Shown here: one piece after another, positions 10,641 through 17,764 of the stretch
Position numbering within the stretch: position 1 is the first letter of the stretch
How the letters are laid out: every line of letters starts with the position of its first letter
Assembly: GCA_024626585.2 (NCBI GenBank)
Contig: JANKJI020000002.1
Span: forward strand, 243,860,306-243,878,069
DNA length: 17,764 bases
Source: Ginkgo biloba
Taxonomy: Eukaryota; Plantae; Ginkgophyta
Direction of reading: 5' to 3'
Made by a program: the position numbers and the translations under genes
Notes under the pieces: model-generated
What the model saw: the letters and a program-made list of their open reading frames with translations, nothing else
Told to the model about the DNA's origin: nothing
The model's database searches: none

Positions 10641-10929
10641 TCAAGGTTTACATTTTCTTGTGTCACCCGGAATAATTAGAACATGGAAAATGTGACGATC
10701 CTCGAGCATCAACAGATCAAATGAATAACTCCCTTGAAGGATTTGATTGTTGAGTGAAATTAGCTCTGGATGGAGTGTTGGCTCTTAATATTATCTTGTG
10801 TGTTATGCATATATTTTATAAAGTTGGTCACTTTAGCTAGAGTAACTATCAATGTAATATGGAGTTATATATGAATGTGGTGATTAACTATACCATACCA
10901 TAACATTAGTATAAATACCACAATATAGA

Positions 10930-11804
10930 TATGAATATTTCCAAGTAGATGAAGTTGAGCTAAAGGAGCGATTTGAAAAAAAAATCATTTTGATAAATTA
11001 TCAATACTGCCAAGGATCATTCAAAATGCAAGCCTTGTAAAGGAGATCCTCTATGTAGAAGCATTTGGGAGGTTAGATTTGAAAGCATATATTTTAGGAA
11101 TAAATGCATATATAATTTTATAAGTGTTAAACATTATAAAATAGGGCTTGAAAAGTGTTTTGGAAATATATAATAAATGGTATAATATGCATCAGAAGGG
11201 AGATGTAGACAAAATATTATTAGAAATCATGAATGGGCATAAGGATCATATTGATAAATTTTTATCTCTTTATACGATAATATCTAGAAAATTTTAATTA
11301 GGATNNNNNNNNNNNNNNNNNNNNNNNNNNNNNNNNNNNNNNNNNNNNNNNNNNNNNNNNNNNNNNNNNNTGAAAATTTTATATGATGTCATTAATAAGA
11401 GACTCCATATATTTTCACAGTTCTTCATGGTTAAACTATTGAAAGACATTGAATAGGATAATAATGAAGGTGCATAATTCATGCATGGATTAATTTTATT
11501 TATATTTATACTATCAAGTTTTTTAATTCTAAAAGAAATATATGCTTGTAATTAGATGGAGATTCCAAATTTTTGGAATTATAAGAAAAAATCTTTGAGT
11601 TGAAACCTAAAGAAAAACAAAATTAACAAATTAAATTTTGAAGTCTTAAATGTATATGATAGATGGATAAAGGATTTTCAATCAGTAAAAGGAATTAACA
11701 AAGGAATATTTTATAAAGAGTACAACCATAGCCTTAAAAAAATTGGAGACTTCTTCAAGAGGGAAGATTAAATCATTTTCAAGGTCAAAGGTTTCCCTAT
11801 GCCT
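10930..11804 (+). mobile_element. Possible decayed AT-rich TE-derived ORF
   Basis: A-rich, coding-like tract between gaps. KILYDVINKRLHIFSQFFMVKLLKDIE*..FMHGLILFIF (from 11373) reads like a dead ORF. No diagnostic domain. Confidence 0.25.
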
Positions 11805-12832
11805 NNNNNNNNNNNNNNNNNNNNNNNNNNNNNNNNNNNNNNNNNNNNNNNNNNNNNNNNNNNNNNNNNNNNNNNNNNNNNNNNNNNNNNNNNNNNNNNN
11901 NNNNTCTGTAATTGGTTAGTGAGTTGTCACTTTTTCTTGTCGTTGTAATAATGAGGTTGATGTCCACCTTGAAGAAAACTGTGGCTGTCTTGGTCCACCA
12001 GTGAATTATAGATTTTTCTATCAGGTGTGTTCAAATTTCTCTGGATGTGGAGGGTGATTGGATATTTTACCTGTTGTGGCATCATGATTGTGGCATTGCT
12101 TCTGTACATCACTTGTTGCAGTTTCTCTGCAATGAATAAAAACTTGTTATACTCCCTTTCTTGTCCTTTACGTTGTCTTCCATCATTTTCATTTGTGGTT
12201 TCTGCAGCTTACTAGTGGCACTGGTGCTTTCCATAATTTCTCGAGACTAAAATTTGAGTCTATAAAAAAAACCAAGAATTTCTTCCTCATTGGTTCCTTC
12301 TTGTATTCAAGTGCTAGTTAAGAAACATGTTATATACATACAATTCCATGTATAGTGTACATTGTAGGACATTTTCACACCATCACCTGTTGTAGGCATT
12401 GTTTGCAGCAAGCACCTAGGCACACCAAAAAAGCCTCCCTTGAGAATAGAAGCTGGCTGATTCTAACATGGATAACTGCCTTGCTCTGTCAGGCTCTTGG
12501 AAACTAGCATTAAAAGACTTGGTAAAGCTTTATTGTTGCTGGTTATTCAGTAAGAAACCGATATCTACTCTAATGTCCACATAGTTTATCTTATCCATTG
12601 TTGTGTTTCTCTACAAAAATGTATGTCAACTTTTTCTTCAAAAGCTATAATCAAAGGCACAAGATGTTGGTCCTACTAAGCTGTGGGATGAACTAACGAT
12701 AATCAAGCACATAACACGCATTTATTTGTTTTCATGGAATGGAATTCTCTCTTTACGTTTTTAATAAATGGAGGTCATGGCAGTACTAATTTAGCATATG
12801 AAGTCTTAACATATGGTGTATTGAATTACCAG

Positions 12833-13000
12833 ATCTTGAGACAAAGAGACGATGATTTGGCAAGGGAACTGGTGCTTTTGAAACAACAAATCAATGAGTT
12901 GGAACAGCTTGCAAGAGGGCGTGGAATTGCTGGTATTTTTAGCCTACGGCATGGTCCGGGTGCTGAAGAGAAAAAGCATACTCAAGCTGCACCTCCGTGA
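12833..13000 (+). CDS. OPA3: OPA3-like protein, terminal exon (C-terminal coiled coil and stop)
   Basis: Acceptor ccag ending at 12832. Encodes ILRQRDDDLARELVLLKQQINELEQLARGRGIAGIFSLRHGPGAEEKKHTQAAPP with TGA at 12998-13000. ELEQLAxxRGxxGIF matches plant OPA3 C-termini, and it joins in phase 0 to ...KQELE. Confidence 0.9.
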   Translation: MLRQRDDDLARELVLLKQQINELEQLARGRGIAGIFSLRHGPGAEEKKHTQAAPP

Positions 13001-14469
13001 TTCATTTTACTTTGGAAACGCTGAAGTCACTTTGTGCAATACTTGTATGGACACTTATAAGACTGACGCAGATAACTACCACTACTCCCAATTCCATAGT
13101 CTGTAGCATGGGTTCACGTGCTAACATGCAACTGTGTTTCAATAGCAAGAAATGGTTTCAATTGTAACATTTGAGAAATTCAACATTTTGCAACATCTAC
13201 CCCATTCATGTAACGACAGGCTTATTGAGAGTAGAATTAAGCTACATGTACTGTGTTATAAACAACACTTTATGGGGATTTATATTCATCATCACAATGA
13301 ATTGAGTAACAATGTAAGGAAACTAGCCAATGGAAATGATGGTGAAGATTATCCACAAGTAGGGTAAAAACTATCCAGTGGAGCTTTAATAGAATATTAG
13401 CTTGCTTGGAGAAAACCTAAAGTTTGTAAAGACACTCATTTCTATTGCATGTCAGGTTTCTAAAATGTCAGAAGGAGAGCTCATTTTCCAGTCATTATAT
13501 TTGTTAATCTTGAAATAAAAAATTATCCTACCTTGACANNNNNNNNNNNNNNNNNNNNNTCACCATTTTTGAAATCACTTGGGTATATGATGTCCTTGTA
13601 GCCTCAATAACAGTTCTGATGTTGGCACTTTGATCTCTCTACACACAAGTAAGAGAACTTTGTAGCCTTGATTACCCTTGATGGAAATAGCTCTGTTAAT
13701 GATGGTAAGTTTATGGAGAAAAGGACCACTTTGTGATCCTCTTAAATGTACAGCAGTGTTAATGTTTAGTACTTTGTAGTTGTAAACTTTGTGCACTTGA
13801 ACATTTGATAAACTCTATAGCCTTAGATTAGCATGGATGGATGGAAATAGTTCTGTTTATTGTCTAAATGTGGGTCCCAGGGTTGAAATCTACATGAGCA
13901 ACATGTGATGTATGTATTCATAGTAGTAGGGCATGCATTAATTACACATTCATAGCATAAAAGTAGAATGAAATAATAATTCCATGCCACAAGTCGCGAG
14001 AAAACAACAAATGGGGTACAAAATTTTATTTATTAACATCTAAATGATAGTACATGGCATTAAATACTAGGGTATAGTCTTCTGCATTTTTTACCATCTT
14101 TGACCAATAACTTTGACAATCTTTAACCAACAACTTTCAACTTTGACTCGTATATGTGCTTGGTTTAAGTGTTATTGTCATCACTTATTGGGTTGTTCAC
14201 AGGTTAACATCAACCCATACAACCTTATAAATGCAGTTGTACTTGCTCCTTTGACTAATTGCTCATTTTATGACTTGTTCTTAAGGGTTGCGATGTCATC
14301 ATCTTCTTGTCGTCTCCTACAATGTCATTTTCGGTTTTGTCACATCATCAAGGGTTTGCCACCTCATGTCGGTCTTTTGGGTGTTTGACTCCTTTGGCTG
14401 CCATGTCATAAAATGCCACTTAACATATATTTCTTCAATTTCTTCTTATTCTTGTCAGGTCCAAATCTC

Positions 14470-15500
14470 TTGCTAACATGTGCTAATAGGAGAGTTTCTG
14501 ATAGTATTTCATTGCAAAGATCAATTAGACAAGAATGCAAATAGCTCATTTTCTTTTTGTAATTGTTGTTGATGAAATTGGATGACTCTTCCAAAGGGAC
14601 AGTCTCGACTGTTGAATAATCATTTTGTTAATGACTCGGTCCTTCATTTGAAGGCTGAAAAAACAAAATGTTGGGTATGCTTTGGAAAAGTTAGAATTAT
14701 TTTGTATAGCAAGGAAAAAACTTAATCTGTGGAAAACCATTGCTATTGCCTCAGCTTGGCAGTCTGAAAACATAGGTAGATGAATCTGGTGGAAGTGCTT
14801 GGAAAGAGACTGTTGGGTATTCCTTTTAGTTTGGTTATGACTGCAGGACAAATGTGGAATAGGGTTCTTAATAAGATTGAGAAAATGAAATAGTAAATAT
14901 CTCTCTTTGGCAGGGCAATCAGAAGCTCATGTGAAGGAATTTTCAACAATTTCACATTTATTATTCATCCTGCTGGTCTCTTAATAAAAGTTCATATTTT
15001 TAAGCTTGTAAAAACTCTGAGAGATTTTTTCTGGCCTGATGGGAGGGGTGGGAAAAGGTGTCGTGTTATAAATGGGATGTTTGTTGTGCTTCTAAGAGAG
15101 ATGGAGTGATGGGTGTTAAAAAGCTAAGCTGTGGAGTGATGGTCGCACCTTAGCTGCTTAATGGAGTGATAATTGACAACAATTGATGAGAAAGAACAAT
15201 GAGGATGATATTGTGAGGGAGAAACCTGCTTAGAAAGGGTGTTCCTTTACCAATGCTTGTCTTTGTAAAACAAATGTTAAGGTTAGCAGCTTACTTGTGT
15301 TTCAATCTCATTGGAAAAACTGGCAGAGACTTAGAAAATTACTACTTCCAAAGAATGAATACTGAAGGGATATTGCTTCTTCTTGCTTAAGGTCATTGTG
15401 GTCGACCAAATTGGAAAACGGTCAAAGCATAGCTCATGATGGATGATTTCCTCCTATTTGCTGGAATAAAAGCAGTATTCACACCTTCAAAGATATTTGC
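14470..15500 (+). mobile_element. Non-LTR retrotransposon (L1-type LINE) ORF2 reverse transcriptase remnant, 5'-truncated
   Basis: SIRQEC at 14521-14538 (cf. xxRQGCP); LPKGQSRLLNNHFVNDS with FVND at 14624-14635 (degenerate FADD); LELFCIA..KLN; LGIPF at 14813-14827; WNRVLNKIEK; YLSLAG from 14898; RDFFW..WDVCCASKRDG. All are in canonical order. The 3' end is approximate and may extend to ~15850. Confidence 0.88.
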
Positions 15501-16339
15501 GATTCTAACGCTTGTAAATGGATAACAAAGAAAACATTACAGAATTTGTACAAATCAAGGAATAATGAACATGTTTATGATGAACTTCATTCCAAAGTTG
15601 ATTTTATGCAAGATAACATGGTTGGAGAGCTATGGATAAATTGTGGCTTGAATGGCAATAGTTTAATAAAAGACGTGTTAATAAGGTTAATGTTACAAAG
15701 ATTTAGGAAATGCTACATGGAAGTGAACAGAAATTGAAGGTAGAGAGATAAAGGAGATTTCAGTGGTCCTTAGATAAATGGTCTGAATCCTTTATGAACC
15801 TCTGGTCTTCAAGGTTTGAACATAAAAAAGACAATTTATTTAGCAATGTGCCTAAAGTGAACAACAAAGATAGAAATAAGAGATATAAACGTGTTCATCT
15901 CAGATGTAGCTACTGTTGACTCCAAATTGTGCCCACTCAGCCATGACAAGATGGTGCCAAGTCCTCCCTTTCAGTTCATAGTGATATTTTTGTCAATCTT
16001 TCATGAAGTCTCAACTTGCNNNNNNNNNNNNNNNNNNNNNNNNNNNNNNNNNNNNNNNNNNNNNNNNNNNNNNNNNNNNNNNNNNNNNNNNNNNNNNNNN
16101 NNNNNNNNNNNNNNNNNNNACCAATTGACCATATAACATGTGAAATCATCGTCGGAGCAGGGTTCGATTTCAACTTTTCCATGTTGGTTTGTTTGGGTTG
16201 TTTCATGACCAACGACATAATGGTAGGAGTGCTATGAGCAAGACCTTGTTGATCCTGAAGGCATAGTAGTGTTGGAGGCATCATCTTCTATTTTAACAAA
16301 TGTTGTCCCATTGGCTACAATTGGTAATGTGACACTCTT

Positions 16340-16900
16340 TTTGTTTGTCGCAATGTAAATGTATTAAGTCCACCAATCCTTAATGGTTTATGTGTCGTGG
16401 GCCCATTTGCGGCCTAACAATGCAGGATATGATTGACCTCTTGTTGGGATTTGTAAGATAGAGAAATCTTGAAGCACCATGACTCTTGTTATTGTAATTG
16501 GAATGTTCTTATTGGTTTCCAAGAGTTCAACCCCGGATTGATCGACCATAGTTAATGTATAATGTGTTGGTTCATTGGCGATTTCCCAATGGCCTTCCAT
16601 GCAATTTCTAACATTACCTAGATTGCATAAGCTTTGTTGACGACAACTTTATCAATTGTACATTCGAGTAATTGCATGATCATGTGAGGAACTTGGTACA
16701 GGTTAGGATGAATCCTTGGAGCTGAGACAATCGACTTTATTGTTAATTCTTTGTGCCATCTATTGTAGCTGGTTGGGCCCCTAGAGTTGGAAGATAGGTG
16801 ACAAGGGAGTGCTTAACTTCAAATCATTGGCAAATTGTTAAAAAATCTACAAATGTTTGGGCATTAGTCAAGTAGCTGGTATAAATGTTGTTGCTTCATG
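16340..16900 (-). mobile_element. Ty3/gypsy gag C-terminus and aspartic protease remnant
   Basis: Minus strand PHMIMQLLECTIDKVVVNK (decayed catalytic strand), then LTMVDQSG..IPITI..QDFSILQI..SYPALLGRKW (cf. LxxADQ..SYPxLLGRPW). Confidence 0.75.
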
Positions 16901-17469
16901 GTTGCCACGGGTGTAGGGGTGCTTCTTTAGTTGTTTCTGTCGATCTTGCAATGATGGTCTTCTTAAGTTCTTTGAATATGCACACTTTTGTGACTTTTTG
17001 TTTGCTTTTAATATGTTTTATTTATTCTTGTGCTTGTTTGGCATATAATCGTTCCACCACTTCAGGATTTTATGCCTCTGTTTGTTTTGCTTTTGCTTCA
17101 CAGTCGACCTCTTCTAGTGCCTTCTTGTCTGTGAGAAATTGATCCTTTTTCTTTTGGGGGTTGTAAAAGTTGGTGCTGCTTTGCTTGGTGTTTTTAATGT
17201 TCTTTCTTGATGGGTGTATACATCAATGTGATATGTTTGATTGTCTAATTCCACCACTCTATTCCAATCTAATTTGCCAATTGGAAATTGCACTAAATAA
17301 AATATATACTTGATACCTTCTAAGAAAGATTGCAGTTGCAAATGAAAGAGATTAAACTTATAAGAGGTTGCTCTCCATGGACTTGTAGATTTCCCCTAAG
17401 AAATTTGGAAATTTATGGACAAGCGGTCCAATAAAGTAGCATGCACTTTTACTTTAATAGGTCTACCTT

Positions 17470-17730
17470 CCCCTTAGTGAATTTGAAAGGCATCATCATT
17501 CAAGATCATAACTCGATCCAATCTCTTAAGAATACAATCAATCTCATACCTAAAGTTGGACCAAGTAAACCAAACCTCTTAGGAGTCAATTTTTAGATGC
17601 CTATTCAGGTCAAAAAATTGGTTGTTATTCATGTGATACTAGGCATATTTTTCATTAGAGTACCAATTAAGGGGAAACCCTCCTAACTTGTCATTTTTAT
17701 CTTCTACCATTGTTAAGCATGTGGATGCCT
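17470..17730 (-). mobile_element. Possible heavily decayed gypsy reverse transcriptase fragment
   Basis: Minus strand ASTCLTMVEDKNDK..FDL..MMMPFKFTK weakly echoes ASP.+V.KK.G..DL..VMPFGLTN, with many disruptions. Confidence 0.35.
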
Positions 17731-17764
17731 AACGGGTGCACAGTGAGTCTCAGTCCTATGCATG

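Larger units (their letters stand above)
2485..12832 (+). other. Long (~10.3 kb nominal) TE-filled GT-AG intron of the OPA3-like gene
   Basis: GTGAGT at 2485 and AG at 12831-12832. Candidate branch sites are TACTAAT (12784-12790) and TCTTAAC (12804-12810). It contains five N gaps, so the true length is uncertain. Confidence 0.85.
1668..16119. other. Eight assembly gaps scattered through this span: 1668-1767, 3354-3694, 6109-6208, 9266-9365, 11305-11370, 11805-11904, 13539-13559, 16020-16119
   Basis: Runs of N. Five are exactly 100 nt, the usual placeholder for a gap of unknown length. Confidence 0.97.

Noticed and set aside
12804-12832. U12-type intron suggested by TCTTAAC near a pyrimidine-poor acceptor
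   Set aside because: The donor is GTGAGT (U2 consensus), not RTATCCTT.
12734-12832. ATG at 12734 giving a stand-alone 88-aa protein
   Set aside because: OPA3 similarity begins only at the acceptor at 12833; the upstream part is intron read-through. The same applies to the extensions of ORF 739-981.
13514-13519. AATAAA as the OPA3 polyadenylation signal
   Set aside because: Common in AT-rich DNA, next to a gap, and plant signals are degenerate; 3'-end data would be needed.
15101-15170. CRISPR-like repeat-spacer array
   Set aside because: Only 9-nt repeats in three copies, within a eukaryotic LINE relic, with no cas genes.

Overview
Eukaryotic, land-plant draft-assembly DNA with eight N gaps; it is not prokaryotic. 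The window holds the 3' part of a spliced OPA3-like gene on the + strand. Three exons (826-960, 2398-2484, 12833-13000) join in frame through GT-AG phase-0 introns; the first exon must lie upstream of the window. The last intron (~10.3 kb including gaps) is packed with decayed Ty3/gypsy pieces in both orientations: gag, aspartic protease, integrase plus chromodomain, a probable LTR, and an unassigned long dead ORF. Downstream of the gene are a decayed LINE reverse transcriptase and more gypsy remnants. This architecture suggests a large-genome plant such as a gymnosperm (inference only). The most unusual element is an uninterrupted N-terminal fragment of a MALE MEIOCYTE DEATH1 / MALE STERILITY1-type PHD-finger gene (1870-2043) inside the short OPA3 intron. 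Most entries in the ORF track are spurious. I see no novel multi-gene system. All protein family calls come from motif recognition by eye, not database searches.
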